A stretch of DNA of 64,000 nt from NCBI RefSeq assembly GCF_000143415.4, contig NW_003314280.1, positions 186,001 through 250,000 on the forward strand. Direction: 5' to 3'. Source of the DNA: Selaginella moellendorffii (Eukaryota; Plantae; Lycopodiophyta). The position numbers were made by a program, and so were the translations under genes. A model generated the notes under the pieces. The model saw nothing but the letters and a program-made list of their open reading frames with translations. It searched no databases and was not told the DNA's origin. Shown here piece by piece: positions 23,375 through 36,956 of the stretch. The first letter of the stretch is position 1, and every line of letters starts with the position of its first letter.

Positions 23375-24599
23375 ATGGACGCAGCTCGGCTTTTGCATCT
23401 CTTCCTGGTAATGCTGCTGGTTTTGCACGAAGCAGCACAGAGTGCCACTGGGGTTCAGCTGCAAAATCAAACGCAAAACCGGCAGCAGCAGCAGCAATTC
23501 CTGAGTGTGGACTACTACAAGCGCACCTGTCCAGACGTGGAGAAGATTGTCCACCAAGTCATGGTCCAGAAGTTCAGGGAGGCGCCCGTGGCAGCCGCTG
23601 GGACATTGCGCATCTTCTTTCATGACTGCATGGTCCAGGTAAGAAGATTTCAGCTCAAAAGCTCAATGCACATATCTTTCCTTCCTCTCCAGGGTTGTGA
23701 TGCTTCCGTCCTCGTCGCCTCCACCTCCCACAACAAAGCCGAGAAGGATTTCGACATCAACCTCTCACTTCCGGGCGATGGTTTCGACGCCGTTATGCGA
23801 GCCAAGCAGGCTGTCGAGAACAGATGCCCGAGGACAGTCTCGTGTGCCGACATTCTCGCAATTGCGTCGAGAGACCTGATTGGAATGGTACGTCGTCGTC
23901 CTCCACAGGGGCAGAAGGAAGCTGAGGCTTGGTTTTGCAGATTGGAGGCCCCTTCTGGCCGGTGAAGAAAGGCCGCAAAGACAGCTACACGTCGCATGCT
24001 GCCAGAGTCCCCGGCAACCTGCCTTCGTCCAAGAACACAGTTTCGGAGCTCATGCATCTCTTCTCGTCCAAAGGATTCACCACCGAAGAAATGGTTGCAC
24101 TGGCCGGTAAGTAGCACTCTGAACAAGATTCCTTGCCTGGATCGATCAATTGGGAAGCTTGCTTGCCGAATGTCTCGGGGTGGGTGCAGGAGCACATACC
24201 GCCGGCTTTGCGCATTGCAAAGAGTTCAACGACCGCATCTACAACTGGAAGAATACATCCCGCATTGATCCCACCATGAATCCGCTGTATGCCGCCAACT
24301 TGAGGCTGGCCTGTCCCCGCAACGTGGATCCAACCATCGTCGCCAACTTGGACGTAACAACATCCAAGAAGTTCGACAACGTCTACTACCAAAACTTGCA
24401 AAAGGGACTGGGTTTGTTGAGCACCGACCAGGCCCTGTTTAACGACCCCCGGACGAAGCCTCTGGTGAACAGGTTTGCGGCGTCGCAGGAGCGATTCTTC
24501 GCGGCGTTCGCGTCCGCGATGCAAAAGCTGGGCAGCATCGGCGTCAAGTCGGCTTCACAAGGCAACATCCGGATAAACTGCGCAGCCTTCAACCAGTAA
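23375..24599 (+). CDS. Class III secretory peroxidase, 4 exons
   Basis: Signal peptide, LRIFFHDCMVQGCDASVL, VSCADILA, GAHTAGFAHC, FDNVYYQNL, GNIRINC. Confidence 0.97.
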
Positions 24600-24972
24600 C
24601 CTTTCCCAACCTGCAGAAGCCGAGGAAAAAGAAACCGAGTGAGATTGTGTTTGTTTGAATGAGACGAGAGATTGCTACAGAGAAATCACATGTGATTTGC
24701 TGCTGGAGCGAGCGTGCCTGGCCCCTCACATGAAGGAGGAAGATTGCCAGATTGATCAATGCAGCCGTTGCCAGCGACCAGAAAGCATCTGTCGTTAGCA
24801 AACAAAAAACAAGAAAGAAAAAGAAAGGAACGAACTTGAAAGGAAACCAAAAAACAAACGAAAAAGCGAGAGGAGCTTTCCAAGTTCACGTGCAAACAGT
24901 TTAGTCACCAAAGTACGTAGACTACATATATCTTACGACGACGAGCTTCAAACCAAGGCATTGAAGCAAAGC

Positions 24973-25404
24973 CTAAACCCTGCCCTCCCAGAGACAGTTT
25001 GGCTCGCCACCCACGCGCTCCAAAACATCCCTGATGTTTTGGGGCGGGCACAGGCCATGGCGCTGGGCTCTCTCCCACCGTTCTATCCGCGACAACCCCA
25101 CACAGGGGCCAAACTTGGCGTCCAGATCGAATTGCCGCAGCATTTCCTCCACATCGTCCTCATCCTCCGCAACATCTAAGACACACGATAATCTCAAATT
25201 TTATTGAGACAATGGGTAGCGCGGCGGCTCTCGCCTGTGCTTACCTGTTGAGCTCGCGCTGGGGTACACCAGAGCTCTCGCGACTCGCTTCTCGCTGGCG
25301 CCGATAGCCTGATCAGCGTCGGACAGGATGATCTTCTTCTTCTTCTTTTGCGGAGACATGCCCTTCTTGCGCGGCTTCAGGACGGACGTCAATTTCGTCG
25401 CCAT
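24973..25404 (-). CDS. POLD4: DNA polymerase delta subunit 4, 2 exons
   Basis: LRQFDLDAKFGPCVGLSRIERWERAQRHGLCPP; basic N-terminus. Confidence 0.9.
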
Positions 25405-25490
25405 CGCTCTCGCAGCCCTAGCACAGCTACAGAAAGAAAACCCTAGGCAGGGAAAGTGACCGTTGACAACGTCTTTAAAATTCCAAGTAC

Positions 25491-26976
25491 CTAGAGCATC
25501 TTTTCTACATGAGAATCATTCCCTGGTCGTGGGGCGAATCTTGCTTGGGCAGGGCCTTGAGGAACTGCGTGAGGACCTTGACAGCGTTGAGCGACGCGAG
25601 GTTCTTGAACGCCGACACCTCGTTTGCTCCTTCCGCGTTCCCGGCTGAATCCGATATGGACCTTATGACGATGAAAGGCACCTCGTTGGAGTAGCAAACC
25701 TGGGCGAGGCGAGAGGCGAGAGGCGTGAGAACTTTTGTAAGAACCCGGTGGGAAATCCAGAGTAAGTCAACTCACCAGAGCTACAGCAGCAGATTCCATG
25801 TCTACCGAGGAGACTCGAAAGGTTTGGAACATGAACTGGCGATACGCAGCGTTGTCGACGAAGATGTTGGAGCTTGCTCCCCTGAGACCCACCACGACTT
25901 TGGGTCTAATGCTCAGGCATGTTGTCGCATTGAAGCACGACGTGAGCTCCATACCCTGCGTTTACGAGGGTGGAAGGATGGTCGCTTACGAAATTCTTCT
26001 ATGAAATTCACTAGGTACTTGCCTCGAGAGTTTTCGCGGCTTTGTAGAAACGCTTGTCCACTCTCACCCAAAACGCTCGGCTGCGCACTTCGGGAGTCCC
26101 GCTGACTTTCAAGACGTCTTCGGGTTGACTCCAGACGCTGGTGAGTAGATTCTGGCTGTGGCCATTGTTTGGGTACGCGAAGTCGCTGAAGTGGAGGTGT
26201 CCCAGATCCTGCGTGAAATCTCCGTTTGGTCCTGATGACAAGAGGTGACCCGATCCGTTACTAAACTTCTGAAAAAAGAAACGATCAAACAGAGACCACG
26301 GGAAACACAAGAGGAAAATAACAAAAAAAAGAGAGACAAGCAGAATGAACGCATGACATGACGTAGACGTTACCTCCCAATTCCACAAGGCTGTGTGAGC
26401 CCAGTATTTTGGAATGCTTATGTCTCCGATGGTCAGGGAATCATTTGCGCTTCCAGCAATGCCGTAGTGAAGCACTCCGTTGATATCGAAAAAGTCGAGC
26501 AGTTGCTGCGTGGTGATCGCTGCATTGAGCTAAGAAGAAAACACCACCACCGATTATATCGATTTCTTCTCGTGCTGATGTTTGATGCTTACCATTGCCG
26601 AGGCAGACTGCACAAGAACGACTTTGTGACCTTGAATTGTTCCAATGTGGAAGCGTCGCCCTGAGCAAAAGGAATGGGACTTTAGTCTTGCCTAGGCCTG
26701 GCTATAGAGGTTGAGAGAGCGAGCAAACTCACCGGCGAGGTCGAGCCAGGGAATGTAGGGGTGCGGGGCGAAGATGGTTTGCTGGCGAATGGCATCCATC
26801 TCGAAGCTCGTGGGCACAACCAGACCTAGAAACGGGCCCTCGCGTTCGTTGATCCGCTGGGCCAGGAGCAGCGCGCTCCTGTTTGACGGCAATGCTTGCG
26901 CTGTCCATCCCCATCCCCAACCCGCGAGCGCGAGCAGCAGGTGGAGGCGCCGCCATTGATGGCCCCCCTTCTCCAT
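25491..26976 (-). CDS. Bark-storage-protein-like nucleoside phosphorylase (PNP_UDP_1) family protein, secreted
   Basis: [68 protein letters not shown]. Confidence 0.9.
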
Positions 26977-27091
26977 GGCCCCCCTAATCGGAGCTTTGCG
27001 TTTGCGAGAGAGTGTGAGGACCCGCGCATCCGACGGTCCACATCCCGACGCGTTGGGGGGTATATGCTTCCGGCCCACGCCAATGGGAGAT

Positions 27092-27375
27092 ACGTGGGTA
27101 CGGCATGTTGCTAGGGCGTACGGGTGGGAAGCCTCTGCTCTGCCACCCTTTTTACTTGGGCTTGGCATTTTCGATCGCCCAGATTTTAATGTTTTCTCCC
27201 GCCTTTTGTTTTCACCTACTTGAAGTTGAGTGGTGGCAGCCGCGACGCGCGTGACTGATCCAGGGATTGGGGTGCGTGCTGGTGCGACTGACCCACTCCC
27301 TCCCTCTCCATCCACCACCTTTTTCTGTGCCCTAAAGCTTTAACTTGAAAATGCATGCATGCATGCATGCGCATG
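27092..27375. promoter_or_regulatory. ABRE-like ACGTGG (27092-27097) plus tandem RY (CATGCA) repeats (27351-27375)
   Basis: Motifs read directly in the divergent promoter between the BSP-like gene and the kinesin. Confidence 0.4.
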
Positions 27376-27841
27376 GTGGTTTGGGTGTCACTGGAATTAA
27401 CGTTGCACCCACGCTCGCGATGCTTGCAATCCAACAACTCGTTCCTCCGTCATGGGAGGGAGTGAGACGAAACAAACGATAATGGGCGAGCTAGCGGCGA
27501 TGGCTAAGCTAATTTTCCACTGGCACGAACCCTAAACCCCTGCCTTGACGCAACGGCAAACGGGTGGGGCCATTCATTCTCTCATTCTTCGCTTTGCTCG
27601 TCTTTGTTGGGTCACTGGCGGCGCCGGTTCCGTTGCCGACCTCTCTACTATTGCTCAAGCTTTTCTATTCTTCTTATTTTTTGCCCCGGCCTCCCTCGAT
27701 CCATGGTCAGCGGGAGGAAGCAAGCTCGATCCTCGATTGTCACACAGGTTGGGCCGCTGATCCTAGCGCCAAAGGGGCTTACACAGCTCACCATGTAGGT
27801 AGCAGTCGAGTTAGCTTATTCTTTTCAGAGGAGCTCCGGCC

Positions 27842-30800
27842 ATGGCTGCGAGGTCGAGATCCCCGATGCGCTACAAGCCGCCCACCTCCGCGGCGGCCAA
27901 TGGAAAGCCCCCGGTTCTTCCGTCGCTGAATTCAGGATCTAGGCAGCCGCCATCGTCCACTGTTGCTAGAGCTTCGTCGCTCCCTCCTCCGCCCAGAATG
28001 CAGGCCCTCCCCAAGCTCAACAGCCCCAGCTCCACGCTCTCGGCTTCGTTCTCCTCCTCCTCCACCACCACCACATCATCGTCCTCCGACTTGGGCAGCG
28101 GCACCACCAAATTCAACAAGGAGAATGTCACTGTCACCGTGCGATTTCGACCTCTCAAGTAAGTGCTGGCTCTCTAGTCAATCAAGAGCTCGCTCGCTAC
28201 TCTTCCGAGTTTATGGCTTTCCCATTTTTACTTTGTTCCTTTTGGAGCATCACAAGCTTACAACTACGTTTTGCGCAGCTCCAGAGAAATTCAAAAGGGT
28301 GATGAGGTTGCGTGGTACGCCGACGGGGATACGTCTGTTTGCAGCGAATACAACGCCTCTACGGTTTATGCGTTTGGTAAGTCCTCGGAAAGAAAGGAGA
28401 TCTTGTCTTAAACGGGCTGGACTGCCTGCAAACAGATAAAGTGTTTGGACCAGCAACAACGACGCGAGGTGTTTATGACATTGCAGCTCAACAGGTTGTT
28501 AGTGGCGCGATGGAGGGAGTTAATGGTATTTTCGTACGTAGGCCTCTTTCTACTCTATCGCTCAACCTTTGTCGCCTCTCCCAGGAACTGTCTTTGCGTA
28601 TGGAGTCACCAGCAGCGGCAAGACACATACAATGCATGTAAGTGTTTTGACAGTTTTCCGTCCGTCCCAAGTCATTTGGTTCTTGTTCTCTGTTGACAGG
28701 GCGATCAGAAATCTCCAGGAATTATACCTTTGGCAGTGAAGGACGTATTCAATATAATACAAGAGGTGTGGATTCTAATCTTGTCTTTTATTTCCTTGCT
28801 ATATCCTTATGGTACTATGCAGTCGCCAGGAAGAGAGTTCCTCTTGCGGGTGTCCTATCTCGAGATTTACAACGAGGTTTGTGGCTGAGAAAATGTTAGC
28901 CGTGTTGGCTCACGTCTTACGCAGGTTATCAACGACTTGCTCAACCCAGCTGGACAAAATCTGAGAGTTCGGGAGGATTCTCATGTAAGTTTCTGTATTG
29001 ACACTTAGGCCTGCTGTATATAATTCTGGTATTCAAAGTGGCTTGCAGGGCACATATGTGGAGGGTATAAAAGAAGAAGTTGTGTTATCTCCTGCTCACG
29101 CACTCTCATTGATTGCCACCGGAGAAGGTACACGGGCATAATCTGAGAATTGAAATATCTTGACAGCCTTTTTGTTTATAGAGCATCGTCATGTTGGATC
29201 CAACAACCTCAACTTGATGAGCAGCCGGAGTCACACGATTTTTACTCTGGTCGGTCCCTGACGTGATTATATTCATTCTCTTTTATTTGTCTAACGTCGT
29301 TCATTTATACAAGACTGTGGAGAGCAGTGCGCGAGGAGAAGGAAGTCGAGAGGAGGAAGTTACTCTTTCTCAACTCGTGAGTGTCTAGTAAAAAGGATTT
29401 ACATTAGATGACTGAACTTTCTTTTGACCGACAGAATCTTATCGACTTGGCCGGTTCTGAAAGCTCAAAGGCGGAAACAGTTGGCTTGCGAAGGAAGGAA
29501 GGCTCCTACATTAACAAAAGCTTGCTAACACTTGGCACGGTAAGAGCAATCTGCTAGTAGCTAGAATAATCTTTTCTCTTTTGTTTCTATCAGGTAATAT
29601 CCAAATTGACAGACGGGAAATCTTCTCATATACCTTACCGGGATTCTAAACTAACAAGGCTTTTGCAATCGTCCTTGAGTGGCCACGGGCGTGTGTCGGT
29701 ACAGCTCTGAGAATTTCTTGTCATTCTGATATAAGTCGCAAAACTTGTCCAGTTAATCTGCACAGTCACACCTGCATCAAGCAGCAATGAGGAGACACAC
29801 AACACCCTCAAGTTTGCTCATCGTGCCAAACATGTGGAGCTTCACTCTTCCGCGAACAAGGTGAGATCCATGCTAATATTCGCTTATCATTTTTTTCTCT
29901 CTCTCTCTCTCCAGATTCTTGATGAGAAGTCGTTGATCAAAAAGTACCAGAAAGAGATAACAAGCCTAAAACAAGAGCTGGAGCAGCTACGGAAAGGCAT
30001 GGTTGGAAAACCATTTGTGGAAGGCACAAACGATGACGTCATCCAACTTCGTCAACAGGTTTGTTGATACAAAAGTTGCGAGAACATGTTTAAAGGGGAA
30101 ACTTTTGCAGTTGGAAGCTGGACAAGTCAAGCTACAATCGCGGCTCGAAGAAGAAGAGCAAGCCAAAGCTGCATTACTGGGCCGGATTCAGAGGCTCACC
30201 AAGCTTATATTGGTGTCTACAAAGAACACCATTCCAAATCTTCCAGATCGTCCCACACACCGCCGGCGATATTCTTTTGGAGAGGAAGAGGTGTGTAGTG
30301 TGTTCTTGTCTTTTATCTGGTCTCTCACATACTTCCATTTTCAGCTTGCATATCTACCCGATAAAAGACGCGGGTTTATTGGCGACGAAGACGACGAACT
30401 TGATGTCGACTTGCCGGAATTATCATCGGATGGGAAATCAGAAAGTGCAAACGGCGATGATGTTCACAAGGATGACAAGAAGCCGAAGAAGCGCGGAATG
30501 CTTGGATGGTTCAAAACCAAGGTAAAACAATCTCGAAGCTATGCCAAGTTTTAAGTGAGAATCTTGTTTATGCTAGAAACACGAGCAACTTCACAGCCGC
30601 ACAGACTCCGACATCCCTTCTCCAACCGGACGTTTAGATGACAACACGGCCACGAAGCGAAAGCCCCTCATGAGAGTAAAAAGCGACGAGCTTGCAGATG
30701 CTTTTCTGGAGCCTACTCAAGCTGGTGAACTCTTCAGTGCTGCGGTCTACGGTCGAAGGCCCCCACCTGTATGTATGAAAGCAACTGATTCACTTTTAAG

Positions 30801-32925
30801 GTACTGATAGTGGTCTCTATCACAGACGGGAACCACAATGGCGGACCAAATGGATCTTTTGAAAGAGCAAGTCAAGATGCTTGCTGGCGAAGTCGCATTC
30901 TGCAGCAGTTCACTCAAGAGGCTATCCGAACAGTCTGCTTTGACACCAGATGATGGAGATATTCAAGTAAGCGTTTACCTTTTTCTCTTTTGCATAACTA
31001 AATCCATCTGTTTATTCTAAGGTTCAAATGAAGAGACTTAAGGAAGAAATTTCTATGAAGAGGCAACAAATGCAGGTATTGGAGCGAAGGATTTTAGGAA
31101 GTGTAGAAAATGCGCCTGCCAACACGCAGCAATTGTCCCAGGTATGCAGCCTTTTTCGTTTTACGTTTTCTTTTTCTTTACCAAGCAATTGCTTTTCAGA
31201 CGATGATGAAGCTTACTAGTCAATTAAACGAGAAATCTTTTGAGCTGGAGGTATACAGTGGTAGCAGTATACATTAGACTCATGCTTCGATTTTTCCAGA
31301 TAAAAGCAGCAGACAACCGCATTCTGCAAGAACAACTGCAATCCAAGGTAACAAGGAAGACGGCTATTACGTCTTACATTGTGCCCTTTATTTCAGAACG
31401 TTGAGAACACTGAACTGCAATCTACAATCCACTCCCTCAAACAACAGCTTCAGCAAGCTGTTGCCGAGAAAAAAGCGTCCATTCACAAGAAAGCTGGATC
31501 TGATAGCCACAAGAAAGGGCATAGTTTCTTCGATTCGGAAGAAACTAGCGAGTGGCTGAATGACGTTGACTTGTCCCGGGAGCTGAGAATGGTTGAGAAC
31601 GGAGGTGACGCTAACTTTGCCCAAGGCTTTGCTTCAAAGATTATTCCCGGAGCTGGCTTTCCTCTGCAATCTCAGCTGTTTTCACAGGTAGTGTGGTAAC
31701 AGCTTTAGTATGTATATAACATCTTGTAAGTGTTGTTCTTTTCCAGGTGAACGAGATTGAAAAGTTGAAGCTAGAAAAGACGCGTTTGGCCGAAGAGAAG
31801 ACTATGCTGGAAGCCAAAGGCCAAAAGCTTATGGACGAGGCAGCGTACGCGAAAGAGCTTGCAACGGCGGCTGCTGTGGAGCTCAAAGGCTTGGCAGAGG
31901 AAGTAACCAAGCTGTCCGCTCAAAACGCAAAGCTCTCGACTGAGGTGGAGGCTCTCCGCTCGAAAGCTGCCGGCGAAGAGAAGACTAGAAGGGAGGGCGT
32001 GAGCATGGATCAAGATATGATCCAGCAGCTGAGAACTGAGTTATCAGAGGCTAAACGGAAGGTGGCGAGCTTGGAACAGAACGAGGCCACTCTAAACAGG
32101 AGAATCGAAGAAGGGAAGGAGCGGGAGGCGGACTTGGAGAATGATCTCGCAGGAATGTGGGTTCTGGTAGCAAAGGTGAAGCAAGAGAAAGAACGAGACG
32201 AGTTCGAGATCCTAGGCAACGGGAATGGCTTAGAGTCCGGGCTGCTCACTTCTAAAAACAATGCACACGTCGAGGACGAGAGCCCAGTCGAGGAGTTGCA
32301 ATGCCAACTTGAAGCTGCAAGAACCAAAGTGGCAGAACTGGAGCTCGGGAACTCCCAACTCAAAGTAAGTGGCAATTTAATTAAGTCTTGGGCCGATTTT
32401 CTTACTGACTCCTTGACATATACTCAGGGAGAGAACTTGGAAAGCTTGGACCTTTCAGCCCTTGAAAGTCTCCAAAATTTACACGTTGAGGCTTTGACAA
32501 GACTGTGCCAGGCCAAGGTTTTTCTTTTTTTTTTTCTCTCCCTCTCTTTTTTTTTGGTGTAAACGTCACATACTTGTTTTGTATAGACCAAGGCGCAAGA
32601 AAGGCTTGAGAGAGAGAAGCGACGAAGCATGGAAGAGCGAGCATTGTCAAGATCCCAAGCGGACTCACTGTCAAGTATTGGGGTCCAACACTTGCTGCTC
32701 GAGGAAGAAAGGAATGGCCACGTCTGTAAAGTCTGCTTCGAGGCCCCCACTGCCGCTGTTCTCCTTCCCTGTCGCCACTTTTGCTGTAAGTCTCGTGTCT
32801 AATCGTTCTTTTCACTGATTTCTCGCCATTGTTTTCTTTCAGTGTGCAAATCGTGTGCAATTGCTTGCACCGAGTGCCCTCTCTGCAGAAGCGGGATCAC
32901 AGACAGGATAATCACATTCACGTAA
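27842..32925 (+). CDS. Kinesin-7 (KIN7/CENP-E-like) with C-terminal RING finger, many exons
   Basis: [49 protein letters not shown], coiled coils, CKVCFEAP...LLPCRHF...CPLCR. Confidence 0.95.
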
Positions 32926-33340
32926 GGAAAAAAAAACCAGAAAAAAAAATCAAGAAGTTTTGGATTGAGCGTCACGAACAGCCATACTTTACAGTAGCGC
33001 AGTAATTCTTCTACACAGATGAGAGTTCCCATATCAGAGGAGCTCGTTTTACCGATTGCGTGTAACACCAGAAACATTGAAAGCAAGAAAAGAACACACT
33101 CGAATTCTTACCGTGGTGAAATTCTTCCCGACAGCCCATCTTGGAATCATCATGATGTCAAGGGTAAAGAATCTAAAACCCATGTGTGCCACGTCAACTT
33201 TGCATATTGTTTCTTTAGGGCTCTTTCCTCCGAAGTCACCACGACCATGGCAGTGACTCGTAGCGGGGAGGCAAGATGGCTCCAAATGTGTCCGTGTCAA
33301 CGGTGCGCTACAACACGCCACTTCCTCCTTTGTCGCAGCT

Positions 33341-34813
33341 ATGGCGTCTGATCACTCTGGAGCGCCCGCTCGGCGGCGAGGTAAGGATGCCGAGTCGAGC
33401 AGCAGCTGTAGCGCCAGGCGATGGATTCTCGGCCTCGTCTTCCTCCTCGCCGCTTGCTCCATCGCTCGGATGGCACTCGTCGTGTCCGATTCGCCCGATC
33501 TTCCGCCGCGGGCTGAGCCTTGGGATCAACAGGAGCAGCAAGAAGAGCAGCGTCTCTCTTCGGTGGAATCTCAATCATCTTCGTTGGAGGAAGATCGAAG
33601 GCACCCAGAGCAAGGCATGAAAGAAAAGATCTTCCTTCCACCTCCAGCTCTAGCTCAGGCTCTAGCTCAGCGTGAGAGCTTGCGAGTGATTGACACCATA
33701 GCTGACAATGGACCTTACCATTCACGGAGAGCTTTCCTCGACGACTACCGCGACATGGTGAACACCATGAAGGTGTTTGTCTACCCTTGCTCCCCACGGG
33801 ATCCATTCAGTCACATCTTCCTTCCAACGAGCTCGGCTCCCTCTGGCAACTACGCAAGCGAGGCCTACTTCAAGAAGGCGCTGGCGGAGAGTGGCATGGT
33901 GACGGACGATCCCTCGCAGGCCGACTTGTTCTTCATGCCATTCTCGATCACCAGGCTGCGAAACGATCCCAAGGTTGGCGTGGGTCGCATGCCGGCGTTT
34001 GTGAGGGATTACGTCAAGAACATCAGCCACCGGTGGCCTTACTGGAACAGAACTGGCGGCAGCGACCATTTCTACGTTGCTTGCCACTCCATTGGCAAGG
34101 TAGCGCTGGAGAAAGCCCAGCACGTCAGGCTCAACGCCATCCAGGTGGTGTGCTCCTCGAATTACTACGTCCAGGGATTCATACCTCACAAGGATGTGGC
34201 CATGCCGCAAATCTGGCCGAGGAGCGAAAGTTTCCGAGAGATTAAGACAATCGAGCAGAGGTGCGTGTAGTTCTTCCTGTTTTGCCTCGAGTATCTTTAC
34301 GGTTCTTACGGTGGCCGAGTTGACAGGAAAGTTTTGGCCTTCTTCGCCGGTGGATCCAACTCGCCTGTCCGAGCGAACGTTGTGAGAACCTGGCGGAATG
34401 ACACCCAGATTCACGCGTACCCGTCACGTATACAAGGATCTTATGCTGAGGCGCTGCTCCGGAGCAAGTTTTGCCTCCATGTCAAAGGCTACGAAGTGAA
34501 CACTGCTCGTCTCGGGGATGCCTTCTTCTACGGCTGCGTGCCCGTTGTCATCGCCAATTACTACGACCTTCCCTTCAGCAGCGTTCTCAACTGGAAGAGC
34601 TTCTCGGTGGTGGTAACCACAGCCAACATTCCTAAACTCAAAGCCATTCTTTCAGGGATTAGCCGCGAGGACTACTCGCAAATGCACAGGCTCGTACTGG
34701 ACGCGAGGAGACATTTTCAATGGCATGCTCCTCCACGAGAGTACGACGCTTTTTACATGGTCATGTACCAGCTATGGTTGAGAAGACATGTTGTAAGATA
34801 CCCTCTTCATTAA
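33341..34813 (+). CDS. Exostosin-family glycosyltransferase (GT47), 2 exons
   Basis: Type II TM, MKVFVY, GNYASEAYF, WPYWNRTGGSDHF, SKFCLHVKGYEVNTARL, GCVPVVI. Confidence 0.95.
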
Positions 34814-35068
34814 AGTTCTCACTTATAACTTTTCTTTCTGTTCTTGGGCATCCTTTCGGTGTAGTGTTGCTAATCAAGCAGTGGTTTTCCTTCTTGTAGA
34901 CAGTTGGAGAGAAAACTGTGAATGCTCACGCGAAGGAATCAAACAAGTAGAGACAGCCAGGTAACTTGAACTTTTTCTAGTTTGTTTTTCTCTGCGTGCC
35001 GGCCATTCGATCAACGCACTACTTATACTCCGGAGCACGTAGAGGTCACTTGTGTTGTTCCAGGTATC

Positions 35069-36834
35069 ATGGCTCTAGCTGCATTGATCTTGCTGGGAAT
35101 GCTCTTGGGCACTCAGGCTAGCTATAACTACAAGTTTGATGTGCAGGAGAAAAGCATTGCCGAAATACACCATGAATTCGCAAGGGGGCTCACGTCCCGA
35201 AAGCTAGTCGAGCTCTATATCGAGAGAGTGCGGAGACACGATCCTCAACTTAAGTCTATCATCGAGCTCAATCCCGACGTGTGGAAGCTGGCAGACCAAG
35301 CCGATGCCGAGCGCTCAGCAGCTGGTGGCTACGTCGGTGGACTTCACGGGATTCCAATTCTCCTCAAGGACAACATTGCGACTGCTGACAGTCTCAGCAC
35401 CACCGCCGGATCGTTTGCCTTGTTTCCAAACACCGTCAAGGACGAGGCTTTCGTAGTTTCCTTGCTCCGAAAGGCGGGAGCCATCATCTTCGGCAAGGCC
35501 AACTTGAGCGAGCTCATGCACTTCCGCTCCCAGCTGCTTCCAAATGGCTTTAGTCCTCGGGGCAACCAGACAAAGGTAACAACAAATCCGCGTCCTTCGA
35601 GCTTGTATGACTTGCTGCTTCCAGGATCCATACTCGCTCGACAGCGATCCTTGCGGTTCTAGCACTGGTTCCGCTGTTGCCGTGGCTGCCAATCTGGTGT
35701 CCGTGTCTCTGGGCACCGAGACGCAAGGATCACTTATCTGTCCTTCAAGTCGAAACGCTGTTGTGAGCATCAAGCCAACGGTTGGACTTACCAGCAGGAG
35801 CGGAGTGATCCCCATATCCATCAACTTCGATACAATTGGGTACGTAAAAGAGAGAATGATGGTGGTGTGTCTCCTCATTCTGCGTATTTGTTTTGTTTTC
35901 CAGGCCCATGGCGAAGACTGTGGCTGATGCAGTCTTGACGTTGGACAAGATCGTGGGGTCCGATCCCAAAGACAAAGCCACCTTTGCGTGCAAACTTCCC
36001 GACTATGGATTCCACTCGCATCTGAAAGCTGATGGCCTCTGCGGCAAACGCATTGCCATATCTCGATCCCCGTTCTTCGACGAGGTTCCATCGTTTGAGG
36101 TGGCAGTGATCAACAACGCGATTGCCACCATGAAGTACGTAAGAAGGAGAAGAAGTGGTGGTGTGCGATGGATGATATAATCGTGGTTTCTTTCCTCCAG
36201 GAAGAAAGGAGCAGTGGTCATCGACAACGTCACCATTCCAACCATTGGAGAGATCATCAATGGAACGGCGCTGTTTCCACCGCCGCTTAAAGCCGACGTT
36301 GTCACGCTGCTGACAGACTTTAAGATCCAAATCGAGGAGTATCTCGGTGGCCTCTTGGAAACACCCGTGAAGAACTTGCAAGACATCTTCGACTTCGACA
36401 GGTTTTCACAGCCCGAGGTAATTTTCTTTGCTCCTCGACTGTGAGATTGAAACCCCCAGGATATTTGGCAGGAGTTTGCCAAGTTCCCAGACGACATCTT
36501 CAATGCGTCCTTACAGACCCAAGGCCGGGACACCGCCGCATATCAGCTCGCTCTTGCCACGGACTTTAATCTCACCAGAGACGGGCTGCTCAAGATCTTC
36601 CAGGAGCTGCAGCTGGACGCAATTGTGGCTCCCGCCGATAGCTCCATCGCGGTTCCAGCTTCCATCGGAGGCTTTCCAGCGATAACCCTTCCCGCGGGAT
36701 ACTCTCCACTAAACGGCCTCCCATTTGGAATCACCATCGTCGGGAATCGCTGCAGCGAGGCAAAGCTGGTGGAGATTGCCTTTGCGCTCGAGCAACAAAC
36801 CAAAGCCAGGAAACCACCACCTTTGTTTGCCTGA
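35069..36834 (+). CDS. Secreted amidase-signature family protein, multi-exon
   Basis: LHGIPILLKDN, GKANLSE, GSSTGS, GTETQGSLICP, KPTVGLTSRSGVIP, GFPAITLPAG. Confidence 0.93.
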
Positions 36835-36956
36835 CAAGTACATTCTTTTGTAAAGGTCATGTTGCTGGACAAGATGAAGAACATTGCAAGGAATGCAACT
36901 AGCCACTTGCTAGATACTATTATTTGGATGATTTCTAAGCAAAACGAAGGAAATCC

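Noticed and set aside
28801-28810. ATATCCTT as a U12 intron donor
   Set aside because: Lies inside an ordinary GT-AG intron, not at an exon boundary
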